In this document: one piece after another, positions 39,689 through 48,350 of the stretch
How the letters are laid out: each line of letters opens with the position of its first letter
Numbering within the stretch: the first letter of the stretch is position 1
Origin: Candidatus Sulfotelmatobacter sp.
Lineage (GTDB): Bacteria > Acidobacteriota > Terriglobia > Acidiferrales > UBA7541
DNA: 64,000 nt
Direction: 5' to 3'
NCBI GenBank assembly: GCA_035624115.1
Contig: DASPSD010000031.1
Location: 25,292 to 89,291, forward strand
Position numbers and translations under genes: made by a program
The notes under the pieces: generated by a model
The model's database searches: none
What the model was told of the DNA's origin: nothing
Seen by the model: the letters and a program-made list of their open reading frames with translations, nothing else

Positions 39689-41116
39689 ATGAAATCCAAT
39701 TCAAGCTTGGTAGATCAGAGATTTCGGCGGGCCCTCGCCCTCCAAAAGCAGGGCCACACCGTGGAGGCTAGAAACGAATACCTGAAGGTGCTTGAAATCG
39801 ATCCTTCGCACGGGCCAGCGCTCAACAACGTTGGGAGCCTCTTGCTCGCCGCGGGAAACCTTCCAGCCGCGCGAATCGCGTATGCCGAGGCCGTCGCCCG
39901 GCATCCGAATGATCCCGTGAGCCGGTCGAATTTAGGGAATCTGCTGCGCGAAGAAGGTGAGCTGGCCGCCGCACGCGAGCACTATGAGCACGCTCTACGC
40001 GTGGATCCGAATCTCGTGCAGGCGCATGAGGGTTTGTCCTATGTGCTGGCGGACCTGGGAGATGAAGAGCGCGCCGCATGGCACCGCCGCAAAGCCTTTG
40101 AACATCGTTTCCTGATCGCCTTGCCCTATCTCGGAAAAGGCAAGGGAATATCGGTGCTGCAGCTCGTGTCGTCCAACGGCGGCAACGTGCGAACGCGGGA
40201 ATTTCTCGATGAGCGCGTGTTCCGGACCTTTGTTGTCCTTCCAGAGTTCTACGATCGAAAGGTTGCCTTGCCTCCGCATCAAATGGTATTCAATGCCATC
40301 GGTGACGCCGACGTCGCAGCAGCGGCGCTCACGGCTGCCGAGCCTTTTCTCGCTCTCACTCAAGCACCCGTCATCAACCCGCCCTCGGCCGTGCTCGCTA
40401 CGCGCCGGCTCGACATATCCAGGCGCCTTTCGGGATTGCCGGGGGTGGTTACCCCCAGAACGGTCGCCCTGCCGCGAGAGATTCTCACTGCTCCCGACGC
40501 CGAGGCCGCGCTCGCCGCACAGGGATTCCGATTCCCCGTCCTATTGCGAACGCCCGGTTTCCACACCGGCGACCATTTTGTGCGGGCCAAAATTCCCGAT
40601 GAGCTTCCTGCCGCGCTCGCGCAGCTTCCCGGGCAACAATTGCTGGCAATCCAGTACCTCGAGGCACGCGGGACCGATGAAAAGTGGCGCAAGTACCGAG
40701 TGATGATGATCGATGGGAAGCTCTACCCGCTGCACGTGGCCCTCTCCTCGAATTGGAAGGTTCACTATTTCAGCTCCGAAATGGCGGATAATTCCCTTGG
40801 CCGCGCCGAGGAAGCCCAGTTCCTGGCCAATATGGCCGGTGTCCTCGGGCCGCGCGTCTTGGACGCTCTCACGCGGATTCAGAAAACTCTCGGCCTCGAT
40901 TACGGTGGAATCGATTTCGGATTGAACCGGGACGGCGACCTGGTGCTCTTCGAGGCGAATGCCACGATGGTGGTCCTTTCCCCCGGCGCGGACCCCCGCT
41001 GGGACTACCGTCGCACTGCGGTGGAGCAAATTTACCAAGCGGTGGCGAACATGCTGCTGGCCAGAGCGAACGCCGGTGCGCAGCACACGAATTGGAGTTC
41101 GGCCGGTGCGGATTGA
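39689..41116 (+). CDS. TPR + ATP-grasp-like protein, paralog of the C-terminal half of 35085..38051
   Basis: Aligns along its whole length with aa ~520-988 of the fusion protein (e.g. WRKYRVMMIDGKLYPLHVA, LDYGGIDFGLNRDGDLVLFEANATM). The start could also be upstream (track ORF starts at 39524). Confidence 0.8.
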   Translation: MKSNSSLVDQRFRRALALQKQGHTVEARNEYLKVLEIDPSHGPALNNVGSLLLAAGNLPAARIAYAEAVARHPNDPVSRSNLGNLLREEGELAAAREHYEHALRVDPNLVQAHEGLSYVLADLGDEERAAWHRRKAFEHRFLIALPYLGKGKGISVLQLVSSNGGNVRTREFLDERVFRTFVVLPEFYDRKVALPPHQMVFNAIGDADVAAAALTAAEPFLALTQAPVINPPSAVLATRRLDISRRLSGLPGVVTPRTVALPREILTAPDAEAALAAQGFRFPVLLRTPGFHTGDHFVRAKIPDELPAALAQLPGQQLLAIQYLEARGTDEKWRKYRVMMIDGKLYPLHVALSSNWKVHYFSSEMADNSLGRAEEAQFLANMAGVLGPRVLDALTRIQKTLGLDYGGIDFGLNRDGDLVLFEANATMVVLSPGADPRWDYRRTAVEQIYQAVANMLLARANAGAQHTNWSSAGAD

Positions 41117-41125
41117 GCCTTGTTG

Positions 41126-41190
41126 GCGCTTGCTTGAAACGAAGCGCGACCTCAATCCCCGCAAAAAAAAACGGCAATATCCTGATCTAG
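41126..41190 (+). repeat. direct repeat, right copy (degenerate pccB 3' remnant)
   Basis: Core 41136-41168 is identical to 34855-34887. An extra A and substitutions destroy the KKHGNIPL reading. Confidence 0.85.
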
Positions 41191-41214
41191 GTATTTCTGC
41201 TTCTGCTTGCCGCC

Positions 41215-43092
41215 TCAGGCGCGCTTGCCGACGTACCAAGGCGCACTCAGCGTAAAAATGCGCTGGTTCCCGCGGGAGAGCAACACCCATTCCAAGAGCC
41301 GGCCACGCTGATTGTGAAAGAAATATTCATACCATCTGTCTTCCACAAGCTCGGGGATCACCACGATGATCGTGCGGGAAGGGTTTTTCGCTGAAAGGTC
41401 GAGAACATACTGCACGATGGGAATGATGACGAAGCGATAGGGCGAGGGGAGGATTTCCAGCGTTGGCGGGACCGCGCCCGCCGCGCGGAACGGCCCGGCC
41501 ACGTACCGCTCCCAATCCATTTGCAGCAATTCCGATTGCTCGGCAGGATCCACGTGAAGGGCGATCACTTCCGGCGAAAGCCGCGCGGCAAACTCAATCC
41601 CCTGGCGGGTGATGCTGCTCCAGCGGTCGATTGCAATGATGGCAATCGGATGCTCGTTGGCGTTGGCAGGGTGCGCTGGAACCATGCAAGTGGTTTCCAT
41701 CTTCACCATGTGATAGTGGCGGCGGACAATCGTGAAGAAGAACATCGTAAACGGAATGAAAAGCAGAGTAATCCACGCGCCTTCGGCGAACTTCGCCACG
41801 AGCACGACGATCACGGTGACACCGGTGACGAACGCGCCGAGTCCATTCACGATTGCGCTCTTCTCCCAGTGCGGGACGCGGTTTTTCCACCAGTGCATCA
41901 CCATGCCGGCCTGCGAAAGCGTGAAAGCGAGAAATGCGCCGATGGCGAAAAGCGGGATGAGCCGGTCGGTGACGCCGCCGAACGCGATCAGAAGACTGCC
42001 CGTCAGGAAAGCCAGAACGACGATGCCATAGCTATAAACCAGCCGCCGGCCGCGATACCCGAACACATGAGGAAGGTAATTATTCTGCGCGATGGCGCGG
42101 CAGAGGCGCGGAAAATCCGCAAAGGCCGTGTTCGCCGAAAGCGATAGAACGGCAAGGATCGAGGCGATGGTGAGGTAGTAGAAGTAGCCTTTGCCGAAAA
42201 CGGCGGCAACAAGCATCGAGAGAAGGCTCTGATACCCGGGCTGGCCGGGATCCGTGGCGGCGATGCCATATGCCTTCACGAGATAGGAAATTCCAGCCAG
42301 CAGCACGCCGAGGAGAAAAATAATCACGCTCAGGGTGCGCTGCGCATTCTTGACGGTGGGCTCGCGAAAGGCCTTCACGCCGTTGCTCACCGCCTCGACG
42401 CCGGTCAAAGCCGTGCAGCCGCTTGAGAAAACTTTGAGCAACAGCCAGAATGTCACGGCCTGAGTCACCGGCGGCGGAGGCGGAGGCACAGTCACGGGCA
42501 CGGGATGCCCGCCGGCCTGTATGACGCGGAGGATGCCCGCACCGATCGTAATCAAAAGCGTGGCGACAAAGAGAAAAGTGGGGATCGAAAAGGCTAACCC
42601 GACTTCGCGCACGCCGCGAAGGTTGAAGATCGTGATGATGATCAGGATGATCACGCACAGCGAAACTGTATAGGGCTGCAACGACGGCACCGCCGAAATT
42701 AGTGCGCCCACCCCTGCGGAAATTCCCACGGCCGCCGTGAGGATGTAATCGGCAAGGAGTGCCGCCGCCGCAAGCAAGCTCGCGCTCGCGCCAAGATTGA
42801 ATCGCGCTACGGTATAAGATCCACCGCCCGAGGGGTAAGCCGCAATCGTCTGGCGATAGGAAAAGTACACGATCACTAGCAGCGTAATGATCGCCGCGCT
42901 GACGGGGATCAAGTAGCGCACGCCAAGTGCGCCCAAGGGAATCAGGAGGCTCAAAGCGGCTTCCGGACCGTAGGCGGCGGAACTGAGCGCATCGAGGCCG
43001 AAAATGGGGATGCCTTGCGTCGCTCCAATCTGTTCCGCGCGTTCGTCGCTCGTCTTGATAGGCTTGCCGACAACCATGTCAAGAATGTTCAT
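41215..43092 (-). CDS. APC-superfamily transporter with C-terminal cytoplasmic domain
   Basis: GIPIFGLDALSSAAYGPEAAL..., about 12 TM helices, plus a ~200-aa soluble C-terminal domain. Confidence 0.8.
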   Translation of the reverse strand: MNILDMVVGKPIKTSDERAEQIGATQGIPIFGLDALSSAAYGPEAALSLLIPLGALGVRYLIPVSAAIITLLVIVYFSYRQTIAAYPSGGGSYTVARFNLGASASLLAAAALLADYILTAAVGISAGVGALISAVPSLQPYTVSLCVIILIIITIFNLRGVREVGLAFSIPTFLFVATLLITIGAGILRVIQAGGHPVPVTVPPPPPPVTQAVTFWLLLKVFSSGCTALTGVEAVSNGVKAFREPTVKNAQRTLSVIIFLLGVLLAGISYLVKAYGIAATDPGQPGYQSLLSMLVAAVFGKGYFYYLTIASILAVLSLSANTAFADFPRLCRAIAQNNYLPHVFGYRGRRLVYSYGIVVLAFLTGSLLIAFGGVTDRLIPLFAIGAFLAFTLSQAGMVMHWWKNRVPHWEKSAIVNGLGAFVTGVTVIVVLVAKFAEGAWITLLFIPFTMFFFTIVRRHYHMVKMETTCMVPAHPANANEHPIAIIAIDRWSSITRQGIEFAARLSPEVIALHVDPAEQSELLQMDWERYVAGPFRAAGAVPPTLEILPSPYRFVIIPIVQYVLDLSAKNPSRTIIVVIPELVEDRWYEYFFHNQRGRLLEWVLLSRGNQRIFTLSAPWYVGKRA

Positions 43093-43338
43093 TGGCAGCT
43101 CCCGATTCTCGCAACGCTCAATTCGGGAAAAGATTGTGTTGCCCGCCGGACTGCGCAGCGCTCGGAATGGGATGGCGGGACCCTCTCAGGGTTAAGAAAT
43201 TCTCCGAGCGAAACGCGTTAAAATCGGCGCAAATTAGTATCACAGAACCGGTTTATCTCAAATGAACACGGCGGGCTGGGAGTGTGAATGCGATTCGCTC
43301 TGCGGTCGACCGAAGCCGGGGGGCAATGTGGGGCGCGA

Positions 43339-44100
43339 TCAGGTTTTCGTCGCGCGCTTTTTCCTGTGTGAATGCGCCCGAGCCCTGTGCGCAAGAGGCA
43401 AAATTTGGACACCACCCTTGCCGCCGATGAATACCTGCGAGGCAAATCCAAGAAAGAGTCCGTGCTCCATCACACCGACCACGTGGTCGAGGTGGTGTGC
43501 GATTTCTTTGGGGTCGGCCATCGGACCGAAGGCGCAATCAATGATGTAGTGGCCGCCGTCGGTGATGAACGGCTTCTCGTTCGTACCAAAGCGAAGCTTG
43601 GGATGCGCGCCTAGCCCGACCAATTTTCGCTCCGTGGCCTGCCAGCCAAAGGGCGCCACTTCGACAGGGACGGAGACGAGCGAGCCCAGACGTGCGACGA
43701 CCTTGCTTTCGTCCGCCACCACAATCATGCGCTTGCTGGTAGCAGCGACGATTTTTTCCCGCAGGAGCGCCCCGCCATGACCCTTGATGAGAAACAGCGT
43801 TCGCCGCTCGACTTCGTCCGCGCCGTCGATCGTCAGATCGATCTCGGAACATTCGCCGAGCGTAGCCAGCGGGATGCCAAGGCTGCGCGCCTGTTCGGCA
43901 GTGCGTTCGGATGTCGGGATGCCGGTGAATCGAAGCCGCTCTTCGTGGAATCGTCGGCCCAGGGCGGCAACGGCAAATGCGGCCGTTGATCCCGTGCCGA
44001 GGCCAACCACCATTCCGCTCTCGATAAGTTTCGCGGCCGCCTCAGCCGCAGCTCGTTTCCACTGATCCTGTTCCGAAGCGCTCATCGCCTGGCTCACCAT
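43339..44100 (-). CDS. rpiA: ribose-5-phosphate isomerase A
   Basis: VVGLGTGSTAAF...IDLTIDGADEV...LIKGHGGALLREKIVA. Confidence 0.9.
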   Translation of the reverse strand: MVSQAMSASEQDQWKRAAAEAAAKLIESGMVVGLGTGSTAAFAVAALGRRFHEERLRFTGIPTSERTAEQARSLGIPLATLGECSEIDLTIDGADEVERRTLFLIKGHGGALLREKIVAATSKRMIVVADESKVVARLGSLVSVPVEVAPFGWQATERKLVGLGAHPKLRFGTNEKPFITDGGHYIIDCAFGPMADPKEIAHHLDHVVGVMEHGLFLGFASQVFIGGKGGVQILPLAHRARAHSHRKKRATKT

Positions 44101-44210
44101 AGCTCGTGCCCACCCGCGGGCATCATATCCGGTCAATTGCGGGTTGCCAACCCTGGCCGGGCGGGTGCGAATGCCGCGTGCTAAGATGGCGCCCGCGAGT
44201 GCGAGCCAGA

Positions 44211-45755
44211 ATGTTCCGCAAAATTTTGATAGCCAACCGGGGAGAGATCGCGGTGCGCATTATGCGTGCCTGCCGCGAGCTGGGAATACGTTCGGTGGGA
44301 GTGTTCAGCGATGTGGACCGGGCTGCGCTGCATGTGCGCCTCGCGGACGAGGCGTATCCAATTGGCCCCGCGCCCTCGCGTGAGAGCTACCTTGTAATTG
44401 AAAAAATTCTCGGCGTTGCAAAGCGAGCCGGGGCCGACGCCATTCATCCGGGCTACGGCTTCCTTGCCGAAAATCCGGCGCTCCCGCGCGCCTGCGAAGC
44501 CGCTGGCGTGACGTTCATTGGGCCTGCGCCTGAAGCAATGGAAAAACTGGGAGCGAAGACCGCGGCGCGCCATCTGGCGCGCGCGGCTAAAGTGCCGACG
44601 GTTCCGGGAACTCTCGACCCGATTGAAAAAATTGAGGACGTGGCGGACATCGCCCGGAAAACAGGCTACCCGATTTTGCTGAAGGCCGTGGCGGGCGGCG
44701 GTGGAAAAGGGATGCGGCTCGTCGAGAGTGAAGGCCAGCTGGCCGCGGCGTGGCGCGATGCCTCTTCAGAAGCACAAAACGCATTCGGTGACGGACGCCT
44801 CTATCTTGAAAAGTACCTTTCGAGGCCGAGGCACGTCGAGATTCAGGTGCTCGCGGATCAGCACGGGAAAGTGATCCATCTGGGCGAGCGCGAATGTTCC
44901 GTGCAGCGGCGCCATCAGAAAGTGATTGAGGAATCGCCTTCGCCGGTGATGACACCCGAACTTAGGCAAGCAATGGGCGAAGCCGCCGTCAAGCTTGCGC
45001 GCGCGGGAAACTACACGAACGCGGGCACCGTTGAATTTCTCGTGGATGAGCACCGAAATTTCTATTTTCTGGAAATGAATACCCGCCTTCAGGTGGAGCA
45101 TCCTGTGACAGAGATGGTGACGTCGCTTGATCTGGTGAAGCTCCAAATTCATATCGCCGCGGGCGAGCCGCTGCCGATTTCGCAACAGGATGTTGCGCTG
45201 CGCGGTCACGCCATCGAATGCCGGATTTATGCGGAAGACCCGGACAACAACTTCTTTCCCTGTCCGGGGACGGTTGGTGCGCGGCGAGTGCCTGGTGGCC
45301 CCTCGGTGCGGCTTGATGATGGAGTCTATCCCCGCTGGACAATCCCGAACGAGTACGATCCGCTGCTCGGAAAGTTGATTGCCTGGGGAGCGGACCGCCC
45401 CGAGGCAATCGCGCGGCTTCAGAGAGCGCTTGCGGAATACTATGCGGGGGGCATCAAGACGAATATTTCGCTCTTCCAGCGAATCCTCGCTGCGCCTGAT
45501 TTTCAGAAAGGCGAGATCCACACCCGCTGGCTCGATGATTTCCTCCGCGAGGAGCAGGATCGGCGAAGTGCGAGGGCGGAAGTCGAGACAAGCGCGGCGC
45601 ACGTAAGGGAAGCCGCAATCTTGGCTGCGGCGTTGTGGCACCGATCGATGAATGGTCACGATGGGAATCAACCGGGAAACGCGGCGACAGGATCCCCATC
45701 ACGCTGGAAGACGGAAGCGCGGCGCGAGCAGGTGGAGCGCGACCCGCAGCCGTGA
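44211..45755 (+). CDS. accC: biotin carboxylase subunit of an acyl-CoA carboxylase
   Basis: MFRKILIANRGEIAVRIMRACRELGI...HPGYGFLAEN...GGGGKGMR...EMNTRLQVEHPVTE. No BCCP domain in this ORF. Confidence 0.9.
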   Translation: MFRKILIANRGEIAVRIMRACRELGIRSVGVFSDVDRAALHVRLADEAYPIGPAPSRESYLVIEKILGVAKRAGADAIHPGYGFLAENPALPRACEAAGVTFIGPAPEAMEKLGAKTAARHLARAAKVPTVPGTLDPIEKIEDVADIARKTGYPILLKAVAGGGGKGMRLVESEGQLAAAWRDASSEAQNAFGDGRLYLEKYLSRPRHVEIQVLADQHGKVIHLGERECSVQRRHQKVIEESPSPVMTPELRQAMGEAAVKLARAGNYTNAGTVEFLVDEHRNFYFLEMNTRLQVEHPVTEMVTSLDLVKLQIHIAAGEPLPISQQDVALRGHAIECRIYAEDPDNNFFPCPGTVGARRVPGGPSVRLDDGVYPRWTIPNEYDPLLGKLIAWGADRPEAIARLQRALAEYYAGGIKTNISLFQRILAAPDFQKGEIHTRWLDDFLREEQDRRSARAEVETSAAHVREAAILAAALWHRSMNGHDGNQPGNAATGSPSRWKTEARREQVERDPQP

Positions 45756-45794
45756 CACGCGGAGGAGAGAATTTAGAGTGAGGACGCGGACGAA

Positions 45795-46292
45795 GTGAAG
45801 CTCGAAATCGAACTCGACGGGAAGGCACATTCGGTGGAGATCACCGGGGCAGGAAAAGAACTTCGGTGCGTGATCGATGGAAAACAGGTGAATGCAGACG
45901 CAATCGAACTCTCGCCCGGAATTTATTCCATTCTGGCCGGCGGCAAATCGCTCGAGGCACGGGTAGAAACGGTTGGTGGAGATCTGCGCGTAAATGTGAG
46001 TGGACGTGAGTTTCGTGCCGCCATCAGAGATCCACGCCACTGGAGCCGGAATCGCGGCGCCGCGCTCGAAGCCGAAGGCCGGCAGCAAGTGGTGGCGCCG
46101 ATGCCGGGGAAAATTATCCGGCTGCTGGTGGGAGCGGGCGAGCACGTCGAGGCGCGGCAGGGTTTGCTTGTGGTGGAAGCCATGAAGATGCAAAACGAAA
46201 TTCGGTCGCCGAAATCGGGCACGGTCGAGCGGCTTTTAGTCAAAGAGGGCCAGGCCGTCAACGCCGGCGAAGCCCTCGCTGTGATTGCCTAG
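45795..46292 (+). CDS. biotin carboxyl carrier (biotinyl/lipoyl domain) protein
   Basis: C-terminal VAPMPGKIIRLLV...LLVVEAMKMQNEIRSPKSGTV (AMKM biotinylation motif). Confidence 0.85.
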   Translation: MKLEIELDGKAHSVEITGAGKELRCVIDGKQVNADAIELSPGIYSILAGGKSLEARVETVGGDLRVNVSGREFRAAIRDPRHWSRNRGAALEAEGRQQVVAPMPGKIIRLLVGAGEHVEARQGLLVVEAMKMQNEIRSPKSGTVERLLVKEGQAVNAGEALAVIA

Positions 46293-46425
46293 CGCCCTGC
46301 GCTTGACACAATCAGCCCCGGATGTAGACTTTTATTCCCCGTGAAGTGCGCCGGCCGCGCGCGGCGGCAAGCGTCCCCCAGCGAAGCGCATGGCACGGAG
46401 AATTGAACGCCACAAGGAGCATTCC

Positions 46426-46899
46426 ATGTCGAATCCCGTCAGAGCTATACCGGAAGGCTATCATTCGGTGACCCCGTCGCTCACTTGCAAGGATGCGGCG
46501 CGCGCCATCGAGTTCTACAGGCAGGCATTCGGAGCGCAGGAGTTGTTTCGCATGCCGTCGCCGGACGGAAGGATTGCGCATGCTGAAATCATGATCGGCG
46601 ATTCGCACATCATGGTGAATGATGAGATGGGCCCCGGAGCGACTGCGCCCTCCGGGTCGCCGGGAGTTTACCTGTTCCTCTACGTCGAAAATGCCGACGC
46701 GCATTTCAACCGCGCCGTCGCCGGCGGCGCCAAAGTGGATATGCCGCTCGAAAACATGTTCTGGGGCGATCGCTTCGGCCGCATTACGGATCCCTTCGGG
46801 CATCAGTGGGGCATCGCTACTCACGTGGAAGATGTGACGCCGCAGGAGATGCAGCGGAGAGCTTCGGCGTTTTTTGCAAAGGCGGCGGGGCACAGCTGA
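46426..46899 (+). CDS. VOC/glyoxalase-family protein (PhnB-like)
   Basis: SVTPSLTCKDAARAIEFYRQAFGA...HAEIMIGDSHIMVNDE...FWGDRFGRITDPFGHQWGIA. Confidence 0.85.
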   Translation: MSNPVRAIPEGYHSVTPSLTCKDAARAIEFYRQAFGAQELFRMPSPDGRIAHAEIMIGDSHIMVNDEMGPGATAPSGSPGVYLFLYVENADAHFNRAVAGGAKVDMPLENMFWGDRFGRITDPFGHQWGIATHVEDVTPQEMQRRASAFFAKAAGHS

Positions 46900-46998
46900 G
46901 AAAGGTCTGAACTGGGAGTGATTGCGGCACAAGCGGACTCGTGCGGCAACAGCTTTCTGGGATTTCATCCGGGTGTACCGGCGAGGAACAGTGGAGAA

Positions 46999-48072
46999 CT
47001 ACTTCGCCGCGGGAAGTTTGCCGCGAGAGTCCATGATTTGGTCGGCCAAATAATTCTTCACGTGCGATTCGTCGCGCTGCTGAATCATATAGGCCGACCG
47101 CAGTAGCTGCTCTTTGCGGTTGCGCAGCATGTCGCGGATCGATTGCTGCACCTGCGGGTCGGCAAGTTCGCGCTGCCCGGCCTGTTCTTTCGCTAGCATT
47201 TTCAGAATGCGGTAGCCCCCGCCTTTGCTGACGGCGACTGGTTGTGAAATTTCCCCGGAGCGCAACGATAGCACGGCGTGCTTGAGGACCGGGTCGGACT
47301 GATTGAGAGCGGACTCGGGGACGAAGCCGAGGTCGCCGCCGGTGGCCGCGGTGGAGTCTTCCGAATAGTCCATCGCGAGTTGCGCGAAATCGGCGCCCGC
47401 GTTGAGCTTCTGCTCGAGCATCGTTACCTTCCGCTTGGCATCGGCCTCGCTCAGAGCCTTGTCGTTCTTGCGGTTGTGGACGGAGGGATCGGGGCGCGGG
47501 GTAACCACAATCTGCGCGACGTGAAACTGGGGTTCGGCCACGTTGAATTGGGCGCGGTTCTTGGTGTAGAACTCGGAAACGTCTTGATCCGAGATTGAGA
47601 TCTTGGCCACCACTTCGCGGTTCAGGAGTTTCTGAACGGAGAGCTGGCGGCGAAGGTCGCTCTTCAAATCATCCACGGTGAGCCCGGCGTCTTTCAGTTT
47701 TTTCTGGAATTCCTCTTCGGTGTAAGGGCTTTTCGATTCGGTGAATTTGTCTTCCACTTCGGCGTCGCTTGCGATCAGGCTCAGCTTGGTGGCGCGCTCG
47801 ATCAGAATTTCGTTATTGATCAGCTCGTCGAGAATGCTGAGCTTGAGCGAAAGAGCTTCTTCCTGGGACGGGGCGGGGCCTTCGGCGTTCACGCGCGTTC
47901 GAAAGTATTTCTCCACCTGATCGCGCGGAATGTCTTTGCCATTCACGACGGCCCAAACATCCGGGCCGGGTGCGGTTTCCTTTTTGCACGATGCGGCAAA
48001 GGCGCAGGCGACCAACGCTGCAAAGATGAAAAACCGGCGGCGCAAGGAGATCACCCCCGAGGGGAAGGACAT
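46999..48072 (-). CDS. SurA-like peptidyl-prolyl isomerase lipoprotein (SurA_N + PpiC/parvulin domain)
   Basis: Lipobox FAASC. PpiC-type segment FAQLAMDYSEDSTAATGGDLGFV. Start overlaps the rpmB stop (TGATG). Confidence 0.8.
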   Translation of the reverse strand: MSFPSGVISLRRRFFIFAALVACAFAASCKKETAPGPDVWAVVNGKDIPRDQVEKYFRTRVNAEGPAPSQEEALSLKLSILDELINNEILIERATKLSLIASDAEVEDKFTESKSPYTEEEFQKKLKDAGLTVDDLKSDLRRQLSVQKLLNREVVAKISISDQDVSEFYTKNRAQFNVAEPQFHVAQIVVTPRPDPSVHNRKNDKALSEADAKRKVTMLEQKLNAGADFAQLAMDYSEDSTAATGGDLGFVPESALNQSDPVLKHAVLSLRSGEISQPVAVSKGGGYRILKMLAKEQAGQRELADPQVQQSIRDMLRNRKEQLLRSAYMIQQRDESHVKNYLADQIMDSRGKLPAAK

Positions 48073-48263
48073 CAAGCGGCCTTCTTGATCCGGCCGGCGC
48101 GAATGCAAGCCGTGCAGACGCGAACGTGCTTGCGCACGCCGTTAATGATGGTCTTCACGCGGCGCAGATTCGGATTCCAACGGCGGCGGCGGACATTGTG
48201 CGCGTGGCTGATCACATTGCCGTAGCGCGGTTTTTTGCCGCAAATTTCACATGCGAGTGCCAT
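48072..48263 (-). CDS. rpmB: 50S ribosomal protein L28
   Basis: MALACEICGKKPRYGNVISHAHNVRRRRWNPNL. Confidence 0.9.
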   Translation of the reverse strand: MALACEICGKKPRYGNVISHAHNVRRRRWNPNLRRVKTIINGVRKHVRVCTACIRAGRIKKAA

Positions 48264-48350
48264 TTTCCTCTTTCTCCAGACAGAAATATCGCCAATAGAG
48301 CGAATTTTCATGCTATCAGAGAATGCCTCAACCCGAAAGCGATTTGCCCG

